Positions 50,550 to 64,000 of a stretch of DNA of 64,000 bases are shown here, in pieces. Each line of letters opens with the position of its first letter. Position 1 is the first letter of the stretch. The notes beneath the pieces were generated by a model. It was not told where the DNA came from. It searched no databases and saw only the letters and a list, made by a program, of their open reading frames with translations. The stretch is taken from the NCBI GenBank assembly GCA_009103225.1, contig RHPI01002656.1, positions 124,001-188,000 on the forward strand, in the 5' to 3' direction. Source of the DNA: Chlorokybus atmophyticus (lineage: Eukaryota; Plantae; Mesostigma and Chlorokybus algae). Both the position numbers and the translations under genes were made by a program.

Positions 50550-51789
50550 AGATGATTAGAAGATAAATACCAAGGTTGTTGCTGCGATTATGGTGTTTTA
50601 GGAGTATATATGAGGTGTATATGTGTATGTAAAAGACGGATGGATAGGGGTGTGTGTGTGTGTGCGAGAGGTTATGCAAGTTGTTGGTAAGACTGACTTA
50701 TGCGTTGCTCTGCGACGTTAATTGATGTTGACGGCGCTGTTGACTTGACTGTTCTTGGTCACTATAGACAGCGACATACTACTCTGGCAATGGTAATTTA
50801 CTCGTGAACTAGGGCAATGAGAGTATGTGGTGAATGTTACGTACAACCCATGTAGCAGGCCTAATGAGATAACTCAAAAATCCGGTAGTTGTATGATGAT
50901 TGTACTGCTCAGCGGTGGCTGTAAGCAGGCAATATGTGATAATACTAATGCGTTGCGGATGTGGGGTTGAGGTGTATTCTGGCACAGTACATCGACGACG
51001 AGTATCATGTTGGGTTAGGCATAGCATGCACATGCAGCACGCACCTAGAATATCACCATGTTAGCCAACTGTTCACTGCAGTCACAGTGTGCAAGTGACA
51101 ATAGGTGTTGCAGGCAAGCACACACAAGCTGGCTAACAGCATAATAGCAGCAGCCACTACAACACGCATATAAATGCCAATGTATGCAGTATTAACATCG
51201 GAAAAGAGCAAGGGATACTTAGAGATGGTAAGTGTACAGTGTCGTCGCTGCTGCCATGCAGATGGTGACCGTTTGCCTGCTCTGCCTGGTAACTCGGCTC
51301 GAAAGTGTCTGATCCAGCGGCCGCTTCTAGCTGGTCTAGATGTCTTAGGCGTTGAAGCTCTGTTCCAGGCCCCCAAAGTTTCTGGCAAGCTTTGCCTTGC
51401 TTGTTGGTTGATGTATGTGTGTGCGAGGCATTGCATGGTGCGTTCTTTGGCTTCATACAGTGTGAGGGCAAGGCTGTGGTCCACGTGCAAGCTTGTGACT
51501 GCTGGTATCGCGGCTCGGCAAGCTGTTCCTGTCGAAGAGCATGAGAACATAGCTTATGGGATTTGGTCAATTCGCCCAATCACTCATAGCACACGTGTTT
51601 GGTCAGCCGTTTGTAGCTACGTGGCTACCAATAGGGGGCGTAAAACAGCTACTACTCCGACTTTGCCTCCTCGTCGCGGGAGCAAACTTCGAGTGCTGTG
51701 AAGGATGGAGTCACAGTTGGGAAGCATGCCTGCAGGGTGCGTCCTAGTGGCAACGTCGCAGTCAATCATGTGCGCAGCGGCCAACACAA

Positions 51790-54099
51790 CAGACTACCCC
51801 AGCGCTGCCACGAGTGCAATGACCTGCATGCGAGCCGTCTTCTGCAAGAGACACATGAGTTACCTAGTGAATAACAGCCACGCAGGGCCATCAAAGCTGG
51901 ATATTATGGGGCTCCCAACGACAACCTTGACCTCCAAAGCATTGTCTTTTCGTTTTAAAAAGCCTTTAGTGATGTCCAAAATGTCCGCTCTTCGAGCAAG
52001 TGTGATGAGTACTCGATTGCCTGACGCTGACATCAAAGACTTGTTGATTGTTCTCTGTTTTTACGTCAGTTATGATCAGCGCAAGCAGTTGGCCAGTCTC
52101 ACAACGTTTGCCATGTGGACACACCTTGTAGGTTTTGGCTTCAAGAGTCAAAACCTACAAGGTATGCAAGCAACCAGAAGGGGCGATCAATCCCATCACA
52201 GAATTGATACATTACCTGAAGTGATACTGAGACATCTATCCTTGTGATTAATAAAAATCAGCACGCATTTGTCCACCTGGCGTGACCAGCCAACCTTCAA
52301 GCCACCATTGCTAGTTGCAGCAAGATACACAGCCAAGTATGATGATTTGAGTAATGTTTGTGCCTGAAACTGTAGCCGCCTGTTATAATAAAACAGTGAG
52401 GTTCACGACATGCCAACGAAACCGTTACATGGCAGATCTGCCGGCTCAATGCTTACCAGCGGCCGTTATCAAAGCTTTCAGCATTACATGATTGCTGAGT
52501 TGCTGCCAGGGCTGGAAAGCTGGTTAAGTGGTAGCGCTTGGAAGCGTGATGCGGACGTGGCTGCCAGTGATGCTTTGCTTCAAGCTGAGCACGACAGCTT
52601 GGAAGTTGCTTGTACAGCAAGGCATCATTAAACAGCTGCAGACACGCCCTTTTTTTTTGAACGAGCGCCTCTGCTATTGATTTTTGCAGCACATCTGCAA
52701 ACATGAGGCATGACGATGTGCATTGAAGCCACTGTTAAGAAGCTGCCAGGTTTTGTTGCTCACCTGAAGGTACAAGGGCTAGTCGCACAGCCATCAGCAA
52801 GCCTGGGAGTGCGTCTTGCCTGCCTGGAGCATCATGGTTGATCCACTCAAGCACAGCATCTATCAACACCTGTGCACTGTCCACGACCAGGTCGTCTATG
52901 TTCAACAAGCCCTGCGAGAAACGTTGTGTCTTGTTGTCACGGTTACTGAACTGTTTCACGAACGTGGTAAAGAGTGTTGTGAGAGCTTACGGAAGTCCTC
53001 CGCAAATACCTGCAGATATCATGTTTTTTGAATTGTTCTAGCGTGTGCATCGTCGGCCTTGAAATACTCATGTTGGAAGAGTGCTTCAGCCTTGGTCTGG
53101 AGTTCTTTTGCATTGCAGAGGACAACCAAGCACAGTACTCAGCCGTTGTGCCTCTAACATGCACAACACTGGCCCAGCTTGCAACAATCCGTGCTTGCTA
53201 GCACCTGCCAATCTCCGGACAGATAGACAGTTGCCAACGTGAAGCCGCGTCTGCAGGAAAGTGCCACATGCGGTGTGCACAGAATCTACCTGGTCAGCCA
53301 GTGTGCAAGTCTGCCAGTCAGTCAGTTATAAGCGCACAAGGCAGTGCAATCACTCTACATCTCTGCATGTCGTGTTTTACTGCAGGACAAAGACAAGGGG
53401 CACACATTATGCAATGAAGTAGCTTACCTGAAGACGATCTCTTGCAAGTAGTAGCTGTTCTACCTTTGCGCCATCAGCTAGGTAACCTACACCAACCATG
53501 TGCATACCATTTGGCACAACTTTGACGGTGGGTGGCAAGGGCATTGCGCTCACTCTTGTTTGTACATCGCCTTGATGATACTCTTAACCGCTTCAGAGTC
53601 GAGCTCCTTCAGCTCAATGTCTTCCGCCATGCTGTCGCTGTAGTCCTCACTCATAAACAACAACGTGTGGAAGTACCTGAAATGCTCAGCATGACAGCCA
53701 GCAAGCAAGGTTGCGAGCTTATGCCATGCTTGCCGTATAGGCTGCAGAACAAACGCGGCCCTGCCCTTGACAAATGTAGATACCTTGAATGTGCGGCAAG
53801 CATAAATCGATGGGCGCGGATGCTCTGCTTGCCAACCACAACGGCGACATCGCAAAGGCTGCCTGGACGATGGGCCAACAGGTCAGAAGAAGTGCACAAC
53901 GAGAAGTGGATGAGAAGTTGCTGCTGCAGCCTTGGAGCAAAGCAATCTCCTGCATGATGCTTTCGCCATGTGCAGGTCGTTCACCTTTCTCCCACATCTT
54001 GCACTGCTTCGCACACGCTGCCGAGGCATGCTCTTGAAGCGCAACAAGTTTCCCACCAGCTGCTTCGTCATCCATTGTCTTGCAGCTGGTAGACGCCAT
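51790..54099 (-). CDS. BTB/POZ-BACK domain protein (3' end uncertain)
   Basis: LCDVAVVVGKQSIRAHRFMLAAHS/RYFHTLLF...MAEDIELKELDSEAVKSIIKAMY (BTB); RLHVGNCLSVRRLA; LLNIDDLVVDSAQVLIDAVLEWINHDAPGRQDALPGLLMAVRL (BACK). Confidence 0.8.
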
Positions 54100-55778
54100 G
54101 CTGGATGCTGTCCACACTGCGCATGCAACATAGCTGAGCGACACAACATACATACGGACTGGCACAACTGACACTGACTCCGTTTCAATCACAACCACTT
54201 GGCTGCTGCTCACGCAACCTCTAGTACAGCTTATCCTTGGCATTGAACTGAAGCATGCATTTTGCCATTTCTTTGGGGCCCCGACCAGAGCAAGACAACA
54301 CACCAACTAGGCTTGGCCGCTAGACTCCTAGCCAGCTAGGACCTTGCAGGCAACTGCCAGCAGCAGGTCAGGCAGGCAGGCAAGGAGTCACCACCTGCAC
54401 AGCAAGTGGCGAGCATATCCTTTGCAATGCATGGCTGCCACATGGCTAGTTGAGCGACTCATCTGTTGCATTGTGCAACCTGCACACAGACCTGTTCGAC
54501 CTTGCAAGTCGTCGCCAAGCAGCAGCCGCGTGCAAGTCTCAGCAAGTGGCAAGCTACAAGCTGCTTGCAACCCGCTCACTGGTCAGTAGCACTCAGCCCC
54601 ACTGCACCGCAGCATGCCAGTATAGATTGCCTAGCCCCAGTCTGCCTGTATGCCGCTTCAGCTGAGGTGCCAGCACGACCAGGATGGCTTCGCCGCCGCC
54701 GCCTCCGATCACCACGACAACAACGGCAGCTTGGCCACCATGGCACCCCAACGTAGCCAGGGCGGCAATTGGGATGGTCAGCGACAGCGGCGGCGACATG
54801 CCAGCAATGGCTGCGCGTATGCGTATGTTGGCAGCGCAGCTAGCTATGTATGCCGGCGGCATGCATTGCTAGCTGCGCTGCCGTCATACGCATGCGCAGC
54901 CATTGGTGAAACGCGGGAGCTGGCGCAGGCACGGGCCTCTTCCACACCCGCCTCTCCCTGGCAAGCAGCAGCCTTTGCGCCTCCTGTTGGCACTTGCCTG
55001 CTGAAGAAGTCTGGCGGCATGGTCTGATGTGATGAATGGTAGATCTAACAGTACTACGTGCGAATGCATATGGCCTTCAGGACATACCCCCGTCCTTGCC
55101 ATAGCAAGCGTGCGCAGTGCGCACCACCGACGGTGTGCAGGTCGTCAAGGCTGCATGCATGCTTGACTGACAGGGGGACAGTAGGGGTAGGGTGTGAGGT
55201 AGGAAGCTAGGTAGCATGTAGGCGTGGCTTAGCCCGGTGGTCATGTATGTGGTGCTTCAGGTGCGTGTGGATGAAGTGTGAGGCGTGTTGCATGTGTTTG
55301 ACACCTTGCACGCCAGGCCCATTGCATCTTTTGTACACTGCTGGGTTCATCGTCGCCAATGCGCGACTATTTGCCTCTGTAGGTGCTCTCATCTTTCTTC
55401 GATTAATTCATGCCTCCAACCTCGGTTTGACGCCTTACTGTGTGGGTGAGTGGTTGATACTAAAGATGACGCACATCATTAGGTGCTCAGCAGCGAGTGG
55501 TTCGTTGTAGGAGTTCCATCATACAACATCATAGGGCAAGGTAGAATGTATTAACTTACACCACCAGGACATATGCTATACCAATGCGCATGCATGGTAC
55601 ACACAGCTTATAGGATGCAAGTTGAAGGCATCCACACCACCACACTGACAGGAATCACGTATCATACAACTGCTGTCCAGCAATGCTGTGGTTGCTTCCC
55701 TACTTAGTCGTTCTGCAAGCAACAACCAAAATCACACTCTCAAACATGTGAGTCCCGTGTGCGCTGTACAGAAGACTC

Positions 55779-58700
55779 TCACACGCCCACGTTGAAGCGT
55801 TTCTCCATGATGCCACTCGACCCCGCAGTCAACTCAATGACAGTATGGAGAGGAATCTGCACAGATCGCACATACACAACTCACCATCCCACACGTCACA
55901 GCAAAGGCACACGTGTTGGTGTGCACTCCAACATGAGATAGATGTCACAATAATCTCACCTCCGTGAACGGTATGTCGCGCAAGCGCTGATTCATGAAGT
56001 AGGCGTACAAGGAGCGTATAACGGCCTGATGCGCGATGACTACGACGGGTGAACGCTGCCGCTCCAACTCGATGATTACGGGCTCCAGGCGCTGTATCAC
56101 GTCCAGATACGACTCGCCGCAAGGGTACCGGTACCTGCCCCAAGAGGAATGTTGAAAAAGGGTGGAAAGATGAAGTGATTCGTGCGTGCATGCATTCAAG
56201 TGCATGTGTGCTGTAGCAGATTTCTAGCCCACATGCTTATAAACTGCGCACACACACCCGCAAATGCATGCACACACAAGCGTACACACAAGCGTACACA
56301 TAGACAGCGCGCGCACGTGTGTGCACACACATGCGCGCTCACATACATGCGCGCACGTGCAGACGCACAGACACAGGCATGGACGGAGACAGACGCAGAT
56401 GCACGCACGTGAGCATGCGTGTGTGCGTGCTAGTTTTTGTTGATCTACAAGCACGCCGCTGCCACAAACAACCTACCTGAGTTTGTCCTTCTTGCGCTCG
56501 GCATACTCTTCAGGAAACTGCTGCTTAATCTCTTCGTAGGTCATGCCGTCGCGGTTGCCGGCGTTGATCTCATCCAAGGCACGCCATTGCACCTGCAAAT
56601 ACCATTGACACATTCTGTAAGCCGAGAACGACGCTTGACACATGAAAGCAACTGTGTTAACGTTGAATGGGCCAACCTTTGGACACTTGAAGTGTTCTGC
56701 TGTCTGAATAGTTCTTCGCAACGTGCTCGTCCATACCTGCAAGCAGATAAGTGATACTGATGACATCAAGCGAGTTGACAAGCATACTGTACCAATAGAT
56801 GATGTAGCGTAGTTCAATGTGTATCATCATTGTGTATCATCAATCCACACCGAGCACGCCTGGCCTGCAGGTAGCCTCTCTTCGATGAATGCAGCCAGCT
56901 TCTTGCTGTAAACCTGTCCCCGCTCCGTCAATCCGGTATCGCCACCAATCTTGCCAACGAGGTTGTACATGCTCTCACCTGTGTCATATTGTTCATGATG
57001 AAAGTAGCTGAGCAAAATAAAAAAGCCATAATTGACCTGATATCTGCAGTACCGTGGCGTGTAAGGTAAATCGGGCGCGGCGTGATGTGGATGTTGAGCA
57101 GGAAGAAGACGATGCGACTTTGAAGATAGCCGCTTATTGCATTGATCTGCGCGACAAAATACATCATCACAACATCATCAAGTACTATACGACTTAGCAC
57201 AGGAGGTATAAAAGACAACAAGGGCCGCAACTAGCTTCACCTGAATCTGGCCTTCACCACTGTGCATGTCTATCAGCTTGATGTAACTGCCCTCGTCGGT
57301 CTGAACGGGCTCGTAGACCGTCTCATAATTCCTCAACCTGTTCTTGAAGTCTTCCAGCGCTGCTTCCTGTCGTTCAACAAGGTTGGACAGAAACAATACA
57401 CAACAAGGTTGGACAGAAACAATACACAACCAGCTCAGACACCAATGAGGCTAAGCTCGCAACCAAAAATACAACACCTCTAAGTGTAACTACTTACATG
57501 GTCTGTGGTCTCAATATAGTCGGGGGAAGATCTGATCTTCTCGCGTGCATTGGCTTCGATGACACCCGCATCCGTGCATATGGACTCCAGGAAGATGATC
57601 TGCTCAACAATATGCGAGGTGTGTCACCAGACATTGAGTGAATCAATGCTCATTGCAACGCTAATCCCTCTCACACCTTGCATCTGCTGTCACACACTTC
57701 CTTCAACTTCTGGCGGCGGTCGACGGTGCTGTTGGTAGCATCAAACACGCCAACCTGTGCACATACGTGTGGAGTAACACTAACAGCGTCTGATCATGTC
57801 AGAGGAAGCAAGCCAACACACAAAACCAGAGCGCACACACGCACACATGCACGCACACGGACACGCGCTGGGAATGGCATACCTGGCCTCCGCGGATCAT
57901 CCAGTCGAGCATGTCGTTCATGGCAGCCTCGGCAGCCTTCCATCGCGCCTCCTTGGCGTACTGGTTGTCCCCGGAGAAGAAATCGGCGAGCTGGCTGGCG
58001 CCGTAGTAGCGACGGCGGTAGCGCCCCACGTTGAAGTTGCGCGTGTCATGACCCAGCCAACGCAGGTAACGCGTCAGCTTCGCCGCCGTGTACGACTTCC
58101 CGCGCGCCGGGAGACCCACCTGCACGCAGCGCGCATAAGGGCTTGTTGCACAGAGAACCCATCCCACGCACGGTCACGTGTGCCAACTCAGTTTAGGCTG
58201 GCGGTGTATGCGCACGCATGCGCATGCGTGTGCACAAAAGAGAGACTGTGCATGCGTGCATGCACAGTCTCTCTTTTGTGCACACGTGGCGTGGCGCGTA
58301 TGTGGATAGGTGCACGCGTGCGGGTGTGGTTTTGCAAAAGAAGCATTACCAGGATGATGGCGAGCCTTCGGCGTTCGCGCGGCAGCAGCGCCATGGCGGA
58401 CTGGCCGCTGGTGGGTGTGAATGGCTCCGGTGATCGCTCCTCCGCCTCGGCGTCACCGTTGCCGTCTCTGTGACTCTTCTCATCACTGCTCAGACAGGAC
58501 TGACATCATTGAAACAAGCACAGGAGTTGCTACCAAGCATACAACGTGTACCCTTCCACGATGGTGTCGTCGCCGCCGATGCGAAAGCCGTCGCGCGAGC
58601 CGCCGTTGGTGAGGTCGCCCGACGGCCGGCGGAACAGCACGTGGGAGTTGTTGCGCGTTGTTGTGGGAATGTTAAGCGGCGGGCCTGGTTTCCACCAACA

Positions 58701-61231
58701 GAAGCGTGTGAATAAGAACCAAACATCACCGCGCAAAAACAACCTTGTCCAATCGTGCCAGATGCACAGAGGCAAGCTGGTGAGTGCGCGAACGTCTACG
58801 CAAAGCTCACAAAGTATGCGCGCATGCATCTGTGAGCACATGCACACTCTTGCACGCATGTGTGTACGCGTACAAATAAACCAAAAATTACTGATTGTGC
58901 GCGCTCGTATTAGCAAACATCTCGCAAGCAAAACATACACACAGCAGTTCACCGCAAACGGTGCGCGCACGCGCTTACGTTCAGTTTGCACGATGAACTG
59001 GGAGAGCAGCGGCGGCGTGCGGTCGACGGGTGTGTTGTCGTCGGCGGGTGTGAGAGTGGCGGAGGGCGTGATGCTGAGGGGTGTCGACAGCTGCGACAAC
59101 ATGGGCGAGGCCGAGTCCATCGAGTACCGCTCGTTCATCTGCCTGTGGCTCAATGATGGATGAGCCCCGCCCTCCAGCTTGCTGACGGCGGCCTCGTCCG
59201 TGGCAGCCACCATCAGATCCTGGTGGAGACATGCAACTCGTTGTATACAGTGGTTGTACAAACACGGCTTCCATAACACGCGCACACACAAACACACATA
59301 CATGTGTACACGCACAGTTTTGATGGTGCCTTAGATCTTGACACACACGCGCGCGTACATGCACATACATGCAGTAAACAGGCGGGAGGAGCCCATGGGC
59401 AAAAGCAATGCAATGCAATGCAATGCAAGGAACACGTGCCTCAATGGAGAAGCATCTGCGTGAGAGTGTGGCGTGCGTGGGCAGCGCCGACAGCGTGTGT
59501 GCGCGCATGGTGCCCGTGTGCGGCAGTTGATGCGACGTTGCGAGGTCCATGTTTGACGGCCAGCGGTTGCCCAGGTCCGGACCGTCACTATTCACCCTCA
59601 CCAATTGACCTTTCTGCACACCACACAACATGTCTTGATGTGAGTAGCGCAAGGCAACTCACGCATACACACGCCTTCTGCCAAACTGCAAGCTCAGTTG
59701 CATTGGCTGAGTAGGTATTCACCGAGAACTCAATCAAAAGCAAGCAAAATCACAGTAAGCCAATATGATTCGACTTGATTGCACAAGCCTTACTGTGGCG
59801 CTTGCTTTGACAAGGTGGCTTCGCGCCAGCTCAAAGGGGTCGATGCGCTCGACGCTGATGTCCATGAACGCGTCGATGGACTTCCCCTCATTGGCCTTGA
59901 CACAAAACATCGCGCATTGGACCAGGTGTTTGGGCTCTTGCAATAATTTTCATTAAAGGCCTCCCCACCTCTGGGAATATAGCAATGCGTCGTGCGTCTT
60001 TGACAGGCGTGGCCTGAACTATTTGCCGGCTCGGCCCGCTCTCGACAATTGGTTGGTTGCGCCGCGCAGCATCAAGCAGCGCAAACTTGAACGCCAGCCC
60101 TGTTTTATGGATAACATATGTCAATCAACTACTGATCAGAATGGACTTAGACATACTAATTGGCTGGGGAATGTCTCACCTTGATTTGCTGAAATCACAA
60201 AGCTGAGCTTCCACGAGCCGCCTTCTCTCTCCATCGGCACCTGAGATGGCAAAGCTGTTGTTCAACACGGACCAATGGTGGCCGTGACTGCTCATAACTC
60301 GTGATCATAATTGACAGCACAAGCATGTGTGTACTTCAACAAGAGCCTAGTGCCCTAAGCATAGTTTGTTAACAATGTAAGCCTATGCATGGTCAGCACA
60401 TGTGCATTCTCGTTTTGGATGCAAGTATGTTGTGATCTCAAACAAGCATGCTACTGTGTGAGTGCAATGCAATACACTTGCATGCTGTTGAAGTGATTAA
60501 CAAGTTGTAAGTACCGCTCGCGTGGGGTCCCATAAACCCAGCAGAGTGCTGTCCCCGGACACATGCGGGAGCAGCTGCCCGGGAGGCTCGCCCACGTGCA
60601 GCGCAAGCACCACCACCGCCAGCTCCTCCTCCTCAGCCTGCTCCACCTGCTCGCTGCTGTCGTCACCGCCCTCGCCTCCATGCTTTAGGCTGCGGTCGCC
60701 TAAACAAGAACGTCTTAACTGCACTGCTTGGCAACAAGCAGCATGCATGTGTGGCAGGCAGCTTCCAGCATTGGTGTTGCTCAGCAAGGTGGTTTCGGCT
60801 GGTTGGTTGGTGAGCTGAAACTTTGCAACTGATTGCTTCGCCTCTAATGTTGACCTCTAGCTGCGTGATTGCCAGCTGCATGCTGCTGGTAGCTAATGTC
60901 CTATGCTAGCAGCATGCTGGTCGACTCGTTTTCGATCGTGTGCTCAAGCTACACAACACAGGTTGTTGTTCATGCTATTGCCCCCGCCTTGAGAATGAAT
61001 GCAGGTTGACTGTGTAACATTTTTACTCGTTGGTCAAATGCACACCCGCAAAGCACCCAATCTACACCAATGTCCAGTCAATTTGTCGAATAGCCTCCAT
61101 CCAGCTCGGCTGGCATCAACCAGCTTATCAAGACTGATCTTCACAACAATAACAACAACAGCTTAGCTCTCACCGCTGCCTCGCCGTCTGCGGACGTCTC
61201 TCCCTTCAGAAGAGGAAGACTGATTGCCCAT
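55779..61231 (-). CDS. F2KP: 6-phosphofructo-2-kinase/fructose-2,6-bisphosphatase (plant-type F2KP with N-terminal CBM20-like region)
   Basis: First exon [10 protein letters not shown]... (ATG 61231); [18 protein letters not shown] (CBM20-like); [36 protein letters not shown]; [23 protein letters not shown]; [10 protein letters not shown]; [27 protein letters not shown]; IPLHTVIEL...GV* (TGA 55781-55779). Confidence 0.96.
57375..57426. repeat. Perfect 26-bp tandem duplication in F2KP intron
   Basis: CAACAAGGTTGGACAGAAACAATACA x2. Confidence 0.9.
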
Positions 61232-63499
61232 GTCTCCGTAGCCTACCTGTGTGCGCTATGCACGCCACCGAGGCGGCGGCGGTGGTGGTGGCGTTGATCT
61301 TCTTGTTGTTGTGCACCATCTCAGTCTGATGTGGCATAACGCTGACATTATGCCGTGCACAGGCTGCCCTCGCTAAAGGATTATGCTCCTAACGTGTTTA
61401 TCCAAGCTGACGCAACGAATGCATGTTGCACTATGTGGCATTTCATGTCAGGGTAGCGCATTTTGCAGATGAGTTCATTCAATGAACGGTGAAGTTAACC
61501 TGTGGTTTGAGTACCAGTAACTAAGAGGAGGTCAGTCAAAGCAAAACTATTTTTGTAAACAAGGCTACAAGTTGGTCTCTTATTGACGATGCAATAGTTG
61601 AATGGTTGATATTTCATTCACATGATATAACCATAACATATCGTTGGTTACATGTAAGTGTATGATTGTTGACAAGATCGTGTATAAAGCGCCAATCATA
61701 ATGACATGATTCTTTACTTCAATTTTATAGCGTTTACAAAAAGGAAAGTAAATGCAATATACATACAATGCATGATCCACAAAACACAATATGTCAATAA
61801 ATAGTATATTCAGCATCTTGTAGAGATGTGGGCTACAAGAACGTATCAAATGTTATTGTTCATGAGCAACTTGTGGATAATCTGTTCAGTGTAAGATAAA
61901 TGTTTCAGCAGAGCACAACCCAATGAGAATGTGTCGTATGTGTGTCTGATAGTCCACAAATAATCATGTTGACAGATGACAATGTTGGATACAACACCCG
62001 CATATAGTCTCTCATCCTCTATTACCATCAACATGGACCACTACACGCTGCGCTCCAGCCACCATGGCGCCCTCACTGTCATTGCACAACACAGCACAGC
62101 ACCCACGCCCGCCTTCTAACCCTGCGCTGCTGCTGCTGCTGGTTGTTGCAATACAAGCCCACTCCTACCCCCCGGCCCTGTGCCAACAGGTCTGCTTTGC
62201 GACCTAAAGACTGCTTGCCCTTGCCTGCCCTGCTGCCTCTGCCCCTCCCCTCCACTCATCTCCAGCACGTAGATAGTGCACGTAAGTTAGTTTGTGCCCT
62301 TGCCCTTGTAATTGAGCTGCTCTAACCCGTGTGCTTGCTAGTGCATGTGGTTGGCTTGATGTGCGTGCATGTTGTGTCGACATCTGAAAAGCCTATGCAT
62401 GTGTGATTCAAGTCAGTCGGTCATGCGCTTGCTACTTGCCACTACTGCCTATCGCCCCGTCCCACTTGCACATAGGGCATATAGTATATAAAGGGTATGG
62501 TACGGTGGCAGTGTTGTGGGCCCTTGTTGTGATTAATTAGGTCGTCGATTGCCTACTAGCCTGCCTTGTGCTTGTTTTTTGTGAATCGCTGATGTGTGAC
62601 TGTGCGTTGTGATTGTCCTCACCTCGTATATTACGCAAGTGGTCGCTTTTAGTGCTGCCATCATGCCAGACTATTATCATGCTCAAGTGGCCACAACAAA
62701 TACAACCTTAAACCCGTCATGCTAAGCGAGCGCCGAGTCTGCCTCAGTAGTCGGAGGACCTCAAGTTGCAGGACCCCATCCCAGCACCGCTGTCGCTCGT
62801 CGCTCCAAGATCACCATATTGACATAGCCGTCATCAGCACGTCTATGCAAATGCGTCATAAACTATGCAGAAGTTTGCATCAAGACGTTGCAGGCTGGCA
62901 AGTTACTCGCAAAATGCCAATTCTGATGTGACAGTTAGCAAGTATAAGTCCATTAGCAAACAATTGATAACTCTGTCAAGTAGCGTCATAGTCAGCTAAT
63001 TGCCATGTAGGCAATTGCTGACTGATCATAGTCTAGCAAGACCGCACCAAACCGAATTGCGCGTCTGCGCCATGATGCCCAACCTCATGGTGCAGACTTG
63101 CGAATTGTTTTCAACCTCCTCCAGCAATCCCAATCTTACAGTGCAAAGATTCACACCATGCTCTGACTGTGCATTACCAACCCGACTCTATACCATATGC
63201 TCATATCATTCTCAAGCCAGTTTGTATTTGCCGTGCTATGCTACGCTGCAGTATATTAGCAGCTGACTATGCAGCGCCTCGCATCCAGCGCATGGTGTCA
63301 TTCCAATGAACTTGCCAGGTTTTGACTAGCTGCGCGCTGAGTCTTCGCAGATTGGAACAAAGCCACAAGGACAGCAATGGACACGATACACTCAAGAAGT
63401 ACAACAATACTCAATCTACTCACCATATCATAACCAAGTACCTGGCTGGAACAAAACTTACACACATCAGGCCAATGCCAACATACCATTATCTCTGCT

Positions 63500-63990
63500 T
63501 TACGACAGTGCCTTGATAATGTTGTCGGCACCGCTGGTGGTGAAGCCACCGCCTTCTTCCAGGTTGAGCTGCTTGATCACGCCATCGTCAACGAGCATGG
63601 AGTAGCGCCGCGACCTGATGCCCAAGCCTGTGACACGATCAACACTTTAACACCAACAGTCTTGCACAAACATCCCACTACACCATTGCATGTGTGACAA
63701 GCAGCTGTTGGTGCTTGTTTGTCTGAAGAGCTGCTGCATTGCATTGAAATACCCTTGTCAGAAAGGTCCAGCTCAACACCAAGCGCCTGAGCAAACTTGC
63801 CACTGCCGTCGGCAAGAAGCATCACCTGCAGCACAAATCGCATCAGAGGCCTTGCCGCAAGAGCAAGTGCTTACATTTATGCAAGGTGTTGCAATGTTTC
63901 AATACCTTGCCAGCAGCGCCGACACTCTTGCCCCACGCCTGCATGACAAAGGGGTCATTCACGCTCACGCAGGCGATGGTGCTAACACCT
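63500..63990 (-). CDS. Type II (PRX5-like) peroxiredoxin, 3' part; 5' exons lie beyond the window
   Basis: [94 protein letters not shown] (TAA 63502-63500). Confidence 0.95.
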
Positions 63991-64000
63991 GTGTGCAGAC

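Noticed and set aside
54593-55027. Short GC-rich ORFs on both strands between the BTB gene and F2KP
   Set aside because: No family resemblance or splice support; may be UTR or promoter sequence.
62030-63300. Small ORFs between F2KP and the peroxiredoxin
   Set aside because: No coding signature or recognisable motifs.
1-64000. tRNA, rRNA or snRNA genes
   Set aside because: None recognised by eye; a tRNAscan-SE/Infernal run would be needed to exclude them.

Overview
Eukaryotic, intron-rich genomic DNA with a green-lineage gene set (inference: green alga, chlorophyte or early streptophyte). It has two N gaps (1565-2075, 11736-12095). The ORF track is mostly noise because genes are spliced, so gene models were rebuilt by hand from GT-AG junctions. 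Genes in order: heme oxygenase 3' end (+), cyanobacterial-type NlpC/P60 peptidoglycan endopeptidase (-), fidgetin-like AAA ATPase (+), JMJ31-like JmjC protein (-), SMYD/ASHR1-like SET-MYND (-), small unknown gene (+), DEMETER/ROS1-like glycosylase with a C-terminal SAND domain (+), DUF3253 protein (+), hnRNP Q/R-like RRM protein (-), SAC3/GANP LENG8/THP3-like (+), VID27/CYPRO4-like (+), DUR3 urea transporter (+), BTB-BACK protein (-), F2KP (-), type II peroxiredoxin 3' part (-). Top finding: the DUF3253 gene has an in-frame UGA at the family's conserved Cys position (SSC-UGA-PSE). A form II SECIS-like hairpin lies 46 nt after its stop, making it a candidate new selenoprotein family with a non-thioredoxin fold. 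Also notable are the intron-containing NlpC/P60 enzyme with no targeting peptide, and a DEMETER homolog that appears to lack the permuted CXXC and carry a SAND domain.
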